Source: Eutreptiella sp. 'Long Island Sound 2002'
Lineage: Eukaryota; Protista; Euglenida
Direction: 5' to 3'
Assembly (NCBI GenBank): GCA_964036045.1
Contig: OZ038378.1
Location: 60,698,001-60,762,000 of the forward strand
DNA: 64,000 nucleotides
Part shown: positions 10,361 through 21,688 of the stretch, piece after piece
Position numbering within the stretch: the stretch's first letter is position 1
Layout: every line of letters begins with the position of its first letter
Notes under the pieces: model-generated
What the model saw: the letters and a program-made list of their open reading frames with translations, nothing else
The model's database searches: none
Told to the model about the DNA's origin: nothing
Made by a program: the position numbers and the translations under genes

Positions 10361-11592
10361 GGAGAAGCACGAACGACTCCTTCTTGTTCAACGCGTGCTC
10401 GACCCGATGGAGACGGGGTGGCAGGCGGCTCTGGCGACCGGGGGCGTGGACCGCACTTGGGCCTTTTGGACCACAACTGCAGAGGAGACACTCCTCGCCC
10501 TGGCCTGCCCGGACTTCACTCCGGACACCCTCCCGGCCGGGGCCACCCTCTAGCTGGCCCCTCCCCCCCTCCCCCGCGGCAGGGGCACGGACCAACTGCT
10601 CCGGGAGGTGCGCCTCCGCCCCAAGCAGCGGCGAGACACGGGGGGGGGCCTGACATACCCGGTGGCACACAACCAGGTGGCCCATGGACCCCTCCGGGAG
10701 GTCTTGCGCTGGCTGGGACGCCCAGCGCAGGGGCTAGGCGTTCTGCCGCGAGCTGTGCAGCAGGCGTGGACGGCCCTCCGACGCCGCTTGGACACGCTCC
10801 GCGCGCTCGGCCCAAAGTATGCGGACTTTGAGCCGGGGGGCGCGCCCGATAGGCTGGCCCCGTTGGCCTCCCTTCGCCGCCTCAGCGTAGCGCTGGTGGG
10901 CAGGGTCCGGGCGACGCTCCGGGCGGAGGACAAGGACCGCGTCCGGGAGTGGCGCGCCTGGCTCGAGGAATCCTGGTCCTCGGATCAGGGGGCCGTGTAC
11001 CGCTAGCTGAAGGACGAGTCCTACGCCCCCCTAGTCACTCTCCTCAACAGGCCGGATGGCACGGCCACGGCCAACGTGGCAGAGATGGATGGCCTCATGC
11101 AGGTTGCCTGGCGCCCCATCAACGGCAAGTATGCGTCGGACCCAGAGCCGGACCCAATGGCCTTCCTGCGTCGGTACGTCCACCACGTACGGCGCGTCCC
11201 CATTATTGCCTCGCAACTTGATGGCCCCCGCCTGCGCAACGGGCTCTCCCGCCTGAAGCCCTCGGCGTTGGGGCTGGATGGGTGGAGTCTGGCGGACCTC
11301 CGCTTCCTCCCCGACAGGCTGCTGGGCTAGTTGGCGGACCTCCTGCGCGAGGTGGAGCGGCCGGGGAAATAACGCGCGCGCCTGGCCGAGGGCTACACCG
11401 CCCTCATCCCCAAGGAGGGGCCGCCGGGGCCCTTGAAAACCCGCCTGCTCACCGTCCTGTCCATGGTCTACCAACTGTGGGCCGGGGTGCGCTTGGTGGA
11501 CGCCATTGCGTGGCAGGAGGCCTGGGCCCACCCGGCGGCCTCTGATTTTCCGCCCGGCCAGGAGCGCCCTGGACGGGGCGGCGGTGACACAG
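10361..11592 (+). pseudogene. RT linker and N-terminal RT subdomains (copy B)
   Basis: LKPSALGLDGW, AEGYTALIPKEG, LTVLSMVYQLWAGVR, QEAWAHPAA; collinear with 16400-17630. Confidence 0.88.
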
Positions 11593-13535
11593 ATCACGGA
11601 CTTGGTAGGCAACCTCCCTCCACGTCGCCTCAGGCCAAGGACAAGGGGTCGGTTGGCGGGCGGGGTTGCTGTCCCAGACCCGACCCCCCCATTCCACCCC
11701 CACGGCGTGGTCCCTGCCGGCGGCCGTCGTCCCCTCCAAGAGGGTGAGGCGGCGGCGCGGGCGGAGGAACCAGGAGGGAGGGGGGTCGTCCCGTTGCTGC
11801 ACACGGCGGGGCCGGGTGGGCCGCCGAGCTCGCCCGTCTCCTCCCGCCACATGGGGGCAAGCAACTTGCGCCATGTGTACGGGAGGCGGCTGCCGTGGGG
11901 ATCCAGCCGGGGGGCGCGCGCGCAGAGGACCTTGGGGTACCTCCACTGCAGGGCCTGGCCCACAGGGGCCCCCTTGGTCCCGAACTCAGGGCCGCACGGG
12001 AGAACGACAGCGGTGATCCAGACCGCCTTGTTCGCGGGCCGGTGACCGCCGGTGTCACCACCCGTTCCAGGCCTCCGACAGGAGGTCGTGGCATCGCATG
12101 ACCCCGGGGAGCAGCCCCACGAGGGGGGCCAGGGCGCAGGCCGGGTGGGCCCAGCCCCACCGCTGGGGGCGGCTCGCGAACACCACGGCGGCCTGGCGGT
12201 ACCACCAGCGAACCAAGGAGAGGCCGTGCTGCCGCCGCTAGTGTTCCGTGAGGGGGGCAGGGGGGGCCAGGGCCGCGTGCCCGCGCCCTCGCCCTCAGCC
12301 TCGTCTCCCTCCGCGACCTCTTCGTCTATGCGCCATGTGTAAAACAGTCGGGCTGCAGGTCGACAGGGGGCCAGGCCCGGCCGCTAGGGGCCGGGGGTTG
12401 GGGTGGGGGGGAGGGAGTCTCGCGTCCTCCGCCCCCCTCGCGCCCAGGCAGCGCGTGTCGCCCGCCGGCCCTCCCGGCCCCTGTTGTCCCCCGTGGGGGG
12501 GGGGGGGGGGGATGGGGGGGGGACCAATGGTCACCGTTCCGGCCACGCCTGGCGCTAGGGGGAGCCGCAGTGCCGCGGCGGCTGCGCCGCCTGGTGTACG
12601 GCCAACCCCCCCCAATAGCGTGGGGCCCCGAGCCACTACCCGGGCTGGCCCCCGCCTCCGGGGGGGGTCCACTGCCATCGCCTCGCCCCGGGGCGCCCTC
12701 GTGGGCTGTGGGCGTATAGACACCCTCTAGCCGGGACGGGGCTCCGGCCACTGGGGCCACTCTAGAAGGGGGGTTGCCGGGGCTGGTACCGCCGCCGTTT
12801 TCACCACCACCCGCGCCGGGCGTGTCCAGTATGGAACCGGGGCGATCTGGCTCGCTGCCGCCCCCGTCCCAATGAGCCCACACACTCTGGTCAGTTGCGG
12901 CGGGTGGGCCGCCCCTTGCGGACGGGGGGCCTCTGTTCGCGTCACCGCCGCGCCGGGCTTTGAGGTCAGCTTGTCGGGGCAAGGGCCCCTCGGTGTCGGG
13001 AGCTGGCGCGCCCCCCGTCGTTGCCGTCCCCATCACAGGCAGTGCTCGCCCCTGGGCCGTCCCCCAGGCCCCTGCTCTCCCAGCGGGGGGGGGGGGGGGG
13101 GAGTCCGCCGGCCGCCACACCGGTCGCACCCGGTGGGAGGGGGAGCCGCAGCGCCGCGGCGGCTGTGCCCCGTATTGTACCGCCAACCCCCCACCGCCGT
13201 GGGGGGACCCTCGCCACTGCCCGGGTTGCACCCCTCCCCCAAAGAGGACCCAGGGCCATCGCCTCGGGCCGGGGCGCCCTCATGGGCTGTGGGCCTATAG
13301 ACACCCTCCAGCCGGCCCGGGGTTCTGGTCCCTAGTGCCTCCCCAAGGGGGGGGGCGCCGGGGCTGGTACCGCCGCTGTTGCCACCGCCACTGGCACCAA
13401 GTGCGCCCGGCATGAAGCCGGGGCTCGGGGTCATGCTGCGCCCCCCCCCGTGGGTCATCACCCTCGTCCTGGGCTGCCCGCATGGGCACCCTACCGTGTG
13501 GAAGCCGAGGGTCAGGAAGAGGAGGACTAAGAACA

Positions 13536-15933
13536 TTAAAGAATGTCCTCGTTCTCCTCATCGACGTTGACAACGGCCGGCTCCGCATTGGCCATGGCCA
13601 GGTCCCCCTTGTGGTTCAGCGCGTCTCGGGAGTCCTCAGGCTGCTGTTGCACCTCTCCGAATCCTTTGGGGCGTGTCATCCGGGCCCTGGGACCCATAGG
13701 CTGGTAGCGCTCCTGGCGGGAGCTGCGGGTGGTCCTCTCCCAGGTCGGGCCCGGGAGGCGGGTGTCGGGCGCGCCCGGCCGCACACCCTGCCAGTCCTCA
13801 AGCACCCCCTCCAGCTCCAGGTCGAAGACCGGGCGGTGGAGGGTGCTGTGGGCCAGCTAGGTGCAGCGGTGGACGCGGATGGGCACCTCCGGCCGAAATG
13901 CCTCCTTGGCGTAGCGCCGGAGCTGCGCATACTCGTCCAGCGCTAGGCCCAGTTGCGCGGGGTAGCCCCGGACCCGCACGGAGGTGGTTTGCGCCGGGGC
14001 CGGGGCGCGCAGCAGGTTGGCGATGTGCGCCACCACCTTGGGGTCCGCCGGTTTGGCACCCCAGATCCGGACCCCCACGTTGGCGGGGGCGCCCCCGTCC
14101 ACCAACCCCGCGAACATGGAGCGGAGCTCCTAGTCCTCGGCAAGGGTCTTCCAAACCTCCGGGGACGGGCCGCGGCGCTCTGGTGGCGGCTTGAACCACA
14201 GCACAAACGCGGGGTGCTGGTAAGCCGCGCCCGTGACAATCGAGGGCCGGAAGTGCACCCCCCGGGCCTTGCCGCTGGCGCGCATCACCAGCGGGGCCAG
14301 GGACGAGGAGAGGTCGGTGGAGACCTCGACCATCAAACCCCGGACCGCGGCCTGCATGGGCGGGGGATGGGGCAGTGCTGCCCCCATGAGCGGCTTGAGG
14401 TGCCACCACGCGTGGTCCTTTCCAAAGGCTCCCACGTGGAGCCGACGCACGTTGGCATCCGCCAGGACCCCCGGGTCCAGGACGCAAATGGCCCGAACGG
14501 TGGCTGGCACAGGGTCCAGTGGCGCCGTGTCCACGTCCGGGAGGTCCGCGGACACCCGGTCGTCATCTTCCGGGAGGCGCTCCCAGACGAGCTGCATGAT
14601 GTGCCCCGGCGGCGCGAGGTCCACCACCGCCGGGTCCGCCGTCTCCCAGGGCTAGCGCTCAGGGCGCACCACGCCCAACAAGGCCGCACCCGGCACCGCC
14701 AGGCTTGCCTTCGTCCGGCGGAGGGTCTGCAGCAGGGCTGCCACCGTGGGTGCTGCCTTGCGGCCGCCCTGGACGTGCACCAGGGCGGTGACCCGCTGTA
14801 CGGCGTCATGGGCCGCGAGGGCGGCCGCAGCCGCGAGGTGGGCCTCGCGGACTGTGCAGTTCACCAGCGCCATGCACCGCAGGGGCCCCTCTTGGGAGGG
14901 CTGCTTCCACTCCGCCGGGTGCAGACCCCCCGTGATCTGGGCGATGTCCCATTGCCGGATCTTGTCCTGGGACTCGCCGTGGTAGAGGCGGAGCGGCTGC
15001 ACCGCCATCGTCGAGGGGAGCAGGTCCCATAGGGCCGCCACCGTGGGCTGCACCGGGGGGAGCGCCGCCGAGGTGCGGGCGGCGGCCGCCACCGCCCGCA
15101 CGGCGCCCTGCCGTGAGCCCCGCGACGCGGACCGCATCGCCGGAGCGAAGGTCGAGCGACCCGGGCCGGCCTGCATGGGGGGAGGGGGAGCGGATCCCTC
15201 CGCGACGCCGCCAATAACTCAGAGCGCGATATTGCTCCGGGCCGCCTTGATGTCCTCCTACGCCCAGTAGGGCTGCGAGGACGCGAAGGGGTGGGCAGGC
15301 AGGTGCCCCGACCGGCGGAGGCACCCGTCGCGGTGCTCCAGGCGCCGGTAGCCCCAGCCGGTGCCCGTCCACACACATGGGGACTCGGGGGGGGATGGGG
15401 GCGCTGCCCTTGGTCCCTCGTGGGCTCCCTTGGAGCGCCGGTTGTCGCTGGAGCCCGCTAGCTGCCAGCCGGCGGGCGTCCTAGACGTTGCGGCTGCCGT
15501 CTTGCTGCTCGCTGCGGGGGGGGGGGGGGGTCGTCGATGCGGCGTTCCGTTTCGTCTTCGTGTTCTTGGGCGCGGCTTGGGCCGCGGTGGCTGTGCCGGT
15601 CCGCGCGGAGGCCGCGGGGGCCGTTTCGCCTCGTGACGCTGCCAGCTCGCGGCGGAGGGTGTTGATTACGCCCTCAAGGGACGTGATTTGGCGCCGGAGC
15701 GAGGCGATCATAGCCTGCTCCGCAGTTGGGGGGGCAAGGGGCGGGTGGGCAGGTCGGCTGCCCCCCTTACGCCCCTTGGAGCGGGAGTGGCTGCGCGCCG
15801 CCGCCCCCTCGTCGATAGCCGCGGGCGGTGCGCCCGCGAGAAAGGGTGCCAGCGCCGCACCGAGGGCCGTGAGGGCCTCGGGGCGCTGTAGGAGGGCGGC
15901 CAGATGGGTGGCCACCCCCGCTTGGTCGTTCAT
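13536..15933 (-). pseudogene. ORF1 of copy C
   Basis: Starts MNDQAGVATHLAALLQ; ends VVNVDEENEDIL* with the same TAATG overlap at 13538-13534. Confidence 0.8.
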
Positions 15934-16014
15934 CGTGCGCATGGCGCGAGGGCGAGACAGGAGGGCGAGACGGCGAGGGGGAGACACAGGAGCGTCAAGA
16001 GAGAAAACAAGAAG

Positions 16015-16066
16015 ATTGCGGATCAGCTAGGCAGCCTCACCAAGTGCAGGTTCACATTAAGAGACC
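16015..16066 (-). ncRNA. Second copy of the putative HDV-like ribozyme
   Basis: GGTCTC-TT-AATGTG-A-ACC-TGCACTT-GGT-GAGGCT-GC-CTAG-CTGA-TC-CGCAAT. P1.1 (GC/GC) is intact; L3 G is changed to T; one P2 mismatch. Confidence 0.68.
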
Positions 16067-17099
16067 TTAATTACCCGCTTCGAGCACCGCCGTATGTCCT
16101 GGCGACCCTCATGACTCGCCGGCCGGCGGATGCGGACCTCGAGCTGGCGACCGCCTTGGGCAGGGACCCCCTTTGCTCTCTCTGCCAGCTGCTCGTACCA
16201 CGGCCTGGAGGGAACTCGACCCTCGTGCATTGACGGCCTGCTGGTTGACACGCGCCTTGGCGGCGTTGCTCCATGCGGCGGAGCGGCTGCTGCCAAGGGC
16301 AATCTCGGGACACACCCCGGTATGTTTTGAACTCCACCCGCGGGGGTGTCGTAGCGGGTGGTCAAGTTTGTCCGCCCCAAGCCGCTAGTGCCGGCCCAGC
16401 GGGGGAGCACGAACCACTCCTCCTCGTACAACACCTACTCGACCCGTTGGAGGCGGGGTGGTAGGCAGCCCTGGCTACCGGGGACGTGGACCGCGCTTGG
16501 GCCTTTTGGACCACGACTGCGGAGGAGGCTCTTCTCGCCGTGGCCTGCCCGGACATCACTCCGAACACCCTCCCGGCCGGGGCCACCCTCTAGCTGGCCC
16601 CTCCCCACCTCCCCCGCGGCAGGGGCATGGACCAACTGCTCCGGGAGGTGTGCCTCTGCCCCCAGCAGCGGCGAGACACCGGTGGGCCCCTGACTTGCCC
16701 GGTGGCACGCATCCAGGCGGCCCGGGGACCCCTCCGGGAGGTCTTGTGCTGGCTGGAACGGCCAGCGCGGGGGCCAGGCGTTCTGCTGCGAGCGGTGCAA
16801 CAGGCGTGGGCGGCCCTCCGACGCCGCTTGGACAGGCTCCGCGCGCTCGGCTCGGAGTATGCGGAATTCGAGCCGGGGGGCGCGCCCGGCAGGCTGGCCC
16901 CGCTCGCCTCCCTCCGCCGTCTCAGCACGGCGCCAGCGGGGAAGGTCCGGGCGACGCTCCAGGCGGAGGACAAGGACCGCGTCCGGGAGTGGCGCGCCTG
17001 GCTCGAGGAGTCCTTGTCCTCGGATCAGGGGGCCGTATACCGCTGGCTAAAGGACGAGTGCTACGCCCCCCCTGGCCAGCTTCCTCTCTAGGCCGGACG

Positions 17100-18650
17100 G
17101 CAGAGCCACGGCCAACCTGGCGGAGATGGATGGCCTCCTGCATGACGCCTCGCGCCCCATCAACCGCAGGTATGCGTCGGACCCAGAGCCGGACCCAATG
17201 GCCTTCATGCGCCGGTACGGCTGCCACGTGCGGCGGGTCCCCATGATTGCCTCGCAGCTCGACGGCCCCCGCCTGCGCAACGGGCTCTCCCGCATGAAGC
17301 CCTCGGCGTTGGGGCTCGAGGGATGGAATGTGGCCGACCTCCGCTCCCTCCCTGACACGCTGCTGGGCTGGTTGGCGGACCTCCTGCGCGAGGTGGAGCG
17401 GCTGGGGAAGTGGCCCACCCGCCTGGCCGAGGGCTACACCGCCCTCATCCCCAAGGAGGGGCCGCTAGGGCCCTTGAACAGTGCCCGCTCACCGTCCTGT
17501 CCATGGTCTACCGGCTGTGGGCTGGGGTGCGCCTGGTGGACGCCATTGCGTGGCAGGAGGCCTGGGCCCACCCGCCGGCCTTTGTCTTCCGCCCGGCCAG
17601 GAGTGCCCTGGACGTGGCGGCGGTGACACAGGTCCTCCTAGAGCTGTGTCGTCTGCGGGGGTGGGCCGTCGCGGGGATGAGCATCGATTACGTCAAGTGT
17701 TTCAATCTCATCCCCCAAGCGGTCGTGCTGGCCCTGCCGTTGGAGCTGGGCATGGACCCGGGCACGTGTCGTGCCCTAGGGGCCATGTACAAGCAGCTTC
17801 GCCGGGCCTTCAAGATCGCAGGGGCCTTCGGCCTATGGTGGCAGGCCACCAACGGCATCCTCCAGGCGTGCCCCTTGTTGCCGATCGTAGTGAATGTGCT
17901 CACCACGATCTGGAAATTGGAGGTGGACTCCCTACGCCGTCAGGTGTGCGCACAAACGGCCGCCCTCCCGCCGGCTCTGGAAGAGGACGCGGCAGACAAC
18001 CTACAACCGGGGGCCCTGCTCCCCCTCAAGGATGCCAGGCCCGGGTACGCTGCGCTAGGGTCGTCGAGCTACGCGGACGACACCCAGGCGGTGGCCCTGG
18101 GCGCGGCCGCGCTCCAGGACACGGTCCCCGCGACGGAGGAGTGGCTACGGCAGGACGTCCGCGTGGACAAGTCCTGCTTGTCGGTTCAGGGGGAAAAAGG
18201 CGCCCCGGCACTGCTACTCCGGGTGGTCCCCATCCCGCTGGTGACGACCTCCCCCCACCTCGGTGTCGACATCGGCATTGGAGGCTCCAAGGCCACGGGA
18301 CCGGTGCTGTCCCGGCGCCTTGAGGCGGGGAGGAGCGCCCTGCGTCGCCTGCCCCATCTCTCGCCCTACGACCGGCGACGGCAGGCCATCAGCACCCTAG
18401 TCACCCCACTGGCGCTCCATGGGGTGGCGGTGGCGTCGGTGACGGAACCCGACCTGCGGGGACTCGAGACCGCAGTGGTTCGGGCCCTGTGGGGGCCGGC
18501 GCGCGTGTCCCGGGCCAAGGAGGTCCTCTTTACCGTCTTGTCCAAAGCGCATCGCCTGTCCCCGATCATGCACACGCGGTATGAGCGCCTCCTCCCCGTG
18601 GCCCGCCTGGCCCGCCGGCCGGGGGTCATGCAGGTCTTTGCCTAGGCTAT
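17100..18650 (+). pseudogene. Non-LTR reverse transcriptase core and thumb
   Basis: AGMSIDYVKCFNLIP (motif A), TNGILQACPL (motif B), SYADDT (YADD at 18070-18081), PHLGVDI; ORF 17410-18645. Confidence 0.95.
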
Positions 18651-19019
18651 TTGGGAGTTCGGGGGCCGCCCACCCGAGACGGGCCCGGTGGGGGGCGCGC
18701 TCCGCATGGCGGCCTCCCTTGGCTGGACCCCGCACGAGGGCTGGTGGTGCTGGGACGTCCCAGGGTAGGAGCACCGCCTGCACTGCGTGCATGAGCCGCT
18801 CCGCCAGCTCTAGCACCGAGTCCAGGACAGCCTTCGCTGCCACTCCTCGCGCCAGTTGGAGGCGCGGCGCCCCGTCACCTTCGGGGGGCGGGGCGCTGGG
18901 GCGGATGGCCCGGCCTGCCGCGCAGCGCTGCGGGCGGCCTTCACGGAGTTGGGGAAGTCGCTGCTGCGCGGGCTCGTAGCCGGGACCATGTGGACGGCGG
19001 CCCAGGTGTCGGGCCAGAG

Positions 19020-19110
19020 CACGAGGGCCAACGCCGCGTGGCCCCACTGCGGCGCGGCGCACGAGGACGAGGCCCACGTCATGTAGGACTGCCCAGAGTG
19101 GGGCGACGCC
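19020..19110 (+). other. CCHC zinc finger of ORF2 (degenerate)
   Basis: AAWPHCGAAHEDEAHVM*DCPEW fits C-x2-C-x8-H-x4-C with the first Cys mutated to Trp; copy A keeps HVLWDCPEW. Confidence 0.8.
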
Positions 19111-21196
19111 AGAGGAACGTGGCTTCCTTGACTGAACGAAGGGGCGGGGGCCATCCCCAGTCTGGGCCCGCAGGGCCGGTGGCCCTCCTACCTGCGGAAA
19201 GCGGGCCTTTTCCCCCTCCGACTAGCGCAGGGGGTGGACCGGGAACTCCTTGACGATTTCCTGTACCGCCTGTATGGCATGTACTTGGCGGTGCTCGCGG
19301 CCCGAATGGCGGCCAGCGCGGGGGATCAACCGGGCCACGGCGACTACCTCTTCCCGGAGCAGCCGCATCCGCGTCCCCGCGACCCCTACCCCTGGGATGC
19401 CTTCGTTGGCCCCATACCGGGGGACGCCGTCTGCCACCAGCCGCGGCTGCAGCCGGGGGTGCCAGCGGACTGGAGGTGGCCCCAGGACTTCATCCACGAC
19501 CTGGTCAGGTGGGCCCGGGCGCTACCCCGGGCTCCGCGGCCGGCGGAGGTCTCTTGGGCTGAGTTGGCCCTGGACTATGAAGCCTTCGTGGGGCGGGCGC
19601 TCCCGGCCTCTCCGGACCACCGGCTGAGGGGCACACGCCTGCCATTGGGGGAACGAGTCCAAGTCGTGCGCAACGCGGTGGGGCGGGCGGAGCGCCACCT
19701 GGCGGCGGGCGCATTGCTGGGCGGGGCCCCACCGGGGCGCTGTCGCTCGCTCCCCCCCCTCGGGGGGCGCGTGTGCGCGGCGCTCTCGGCTCGACCGTAC
19801 TTCGCGGCGCGCCACGAGGTCATGTTGCAGCTGATGGGCCTGGCGGCGCTCTGCTGCGACTCGTGGGCCCGGTGCATGCGGGCGCCCGCGCGCATGCCGC
19901 CACAGCACAATGACTGCTTTCTCATGGATTATTTCCCCCGCCTCCTCGAGGGGGGGCCTCCCTTGCTTTCGTATGCCCGGCGGCCCCCGCGGGCTCCGGC
20001 CCGCGGCGTCCCTCTTGCGGCGCCGCAGCGCAGCCGCCCCCCACGTGCGGGCAGCGGCACGCAGGGCGCGCTCTGCTTGGAGCATGGGGCGCCGTCGTGT
20101 GCCCGATGCAAGAGCCTAGGTTGGGGTATCAGCCGCGCCTGCTGAGCTGGCCACGAAGGCCACGAGGGCTCCTCCGGGCGCTCAGGCTGCCCCATAGCCC
20201 CGCCCCGGGTCGCGCCGGGCCGCCAGGTGCTCGTCTTGAGGCCTGACGCGCGTGGGCGGCGGCGTTGTCCTCTTGGCTGGGGCGGGCCCGCCCGGCATCC
20301 CAGGCCCTCCCCGACTCGGGCCCCCCGGCGGCACGCCGGTGCGCAGCCCCGCCCAGAGTGCTGGGCACGCGCCCTTCCCCTGCCCTGGGGCCGGACGCCT
20401 CCGGGCCGGCGAAGCGCCACACGCCTAACCGGGACAACCGGGGGGATCCGGGGGGGGGGGGGGGTTCACACCGAGCGACGGGTGGGGGGGCAGCAGTCCC
20501 CCTATCACCCAAGCCAGCTGGGGGGGGGGGGGGGGGGGGGCAGCAACCCGGGACCGACCCCCCCGGCTTCCTCCGCCCGCGCGGGGGCCGTGGGGGCACC
20601 ACCGGGTGGGGGGGCAGCAGACCTCCTCTGGCCCCGGCCACCGGGGGGGGGGGGGGACGGCCCGGGGCCGGCCCCCTCCTCATCCTCTGCCGGTGTGGGG
20701 GTCTCGGTGGAGCCGGCGGCGCGGCACGACCCCCCCCAACCCCCAGTAGAGCGACCCCCACCGTCGCTCCCGGATTTTTTGAGCCACATCTCAGCGGCCC
20801 TGAGCAGCCACGCTCCGCCGCGGCAGCGGTCCCCTCCGCGGGCACGACGACGGCCCCAACCCAGGGCCACCAGGTTGGTGGCGGACATGCTGCGCGCGCG
20901 TCCGCCCCCCCCCACGGGCCACGGACGGCGCAGCCAGGGGGGCCTCCTCCTCCTCTGACCCAGTGGCGGACGCGCCCTCGGCACCGTCGCCATCCCAGTC
21001 CACCCTGCCGCCGTGGCGGCGTCACGGCAGGGCCAGCACGGAAGAGACCTAGTCCCCTCCGGCTCGTCCCTCCTGGCCGCCGTGCAGGCACAGGCGGGGG
21101 GCCTGTAGGGGAGCACACGGGCGCCTGAACTCGAATCGGCCCACCTCCCCGCCCCTCTGCCTCTGTACATAGACCAGTGGACGCTAATCGGCGAAT

Positions 21197-21630
21197 GCCG
21201 TATTTACGTGTTTTTCACCCTATTTGGGTATTGGCCGCACCGGCGGGGGGGGGGGGGGGGGGCGTTAAGGGATTGGTACACAACCTGCTGATGCAGTTTT
21301 TCACCCTGGGCAGCTCAAAATTCGAACTTTTCGAAACTTATTTTTTTGATACCATGATCGCCTAAAAGGACCATCCAAGGTATGTAAAGCATGTTTTAGG
21401 CTGTATGTACGTGTTTTTCACCCTATTTGGGTATTAGGTTCAGGGGGGGAGGGTCTCCCAAGGTATTGGTACACAACACAACCTGCTTATGCAGCTTTTC
21501 ACCCTGTAGAGCTCAAAAATGGAGGTTTTGGAAACTTACTTTTTTGATATCGTGATCACCTAAAATCACCACCCAAGGTATGTAAAGCATGTTTTAGGCT
21601 GCATTTATGTAGTTTCCACCCTATTTTGGG
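21197..21630. repeat. S190 satellite, ~2.3 monomers (right target flank)
   Basis: Same monomer as 1386-3013; starts GCCGTATTTACGTGTTTTTCA. Confidence 0.96.
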
Positions 21631-21688
21631 TGTGCGTTGCTCGGGGTAGATTCTCTGCGAGGTGGACTTGCCGAAGGCAATAGAATTT

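Larger units (their letters stand above)
4564..11592 (+). mobile_element. Non-LTR retrotransposon copy B, from the exact 5' end to the N-terminal half of RT
   Basis: Contains 5'UTR, ORF1, ORF2 leader, APE and RT up to FRPARSALDGAAVTQ; it breaks at 11592 into the inverted copy C. Multiple stops and frameshifts. Confidence 0.93.
11593..16066 (-). mobile_element. Retroelement copy C: inverted 5' half (ribozyme, ORF1, ORF2 leader up to the Trp-rich domain)
   Basis: Reverse-complement homologue of 4564-9010. ORF 15481-15987(-) matches the ORF1 N-terminus; ORF 13033-13536(-) starts MFLVLLFLTL; begins at GGTCTC (16066). Confidence 0.93.
16073..21196 (+). mobile_element. Retroelement copy D: 5'-truncated in APE, running through RT, CCHC finger, C-terminal extension and 3' end
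   Basis: Starts homologous to ~10050 (mid-APE) and ends ...GGACGCTAATCGGCGAAT, directly against S190. Confidence 0.93.

Noticed and set aside
18650-19230. RNase H domain expected for Ingi/L1Tc-type elements
   Set aside because: No DEDD RNase H pattern and too little space between the RT thumb and the CCHC finger.
167-21170. Numerous long overlapping Arg/Pro/Gly-rich ORFs on both strands
   Set aside because: Expected shadow ORFs in very GC-rich retroelement DNA; only frames carrying motifs conserved between copies were kept.
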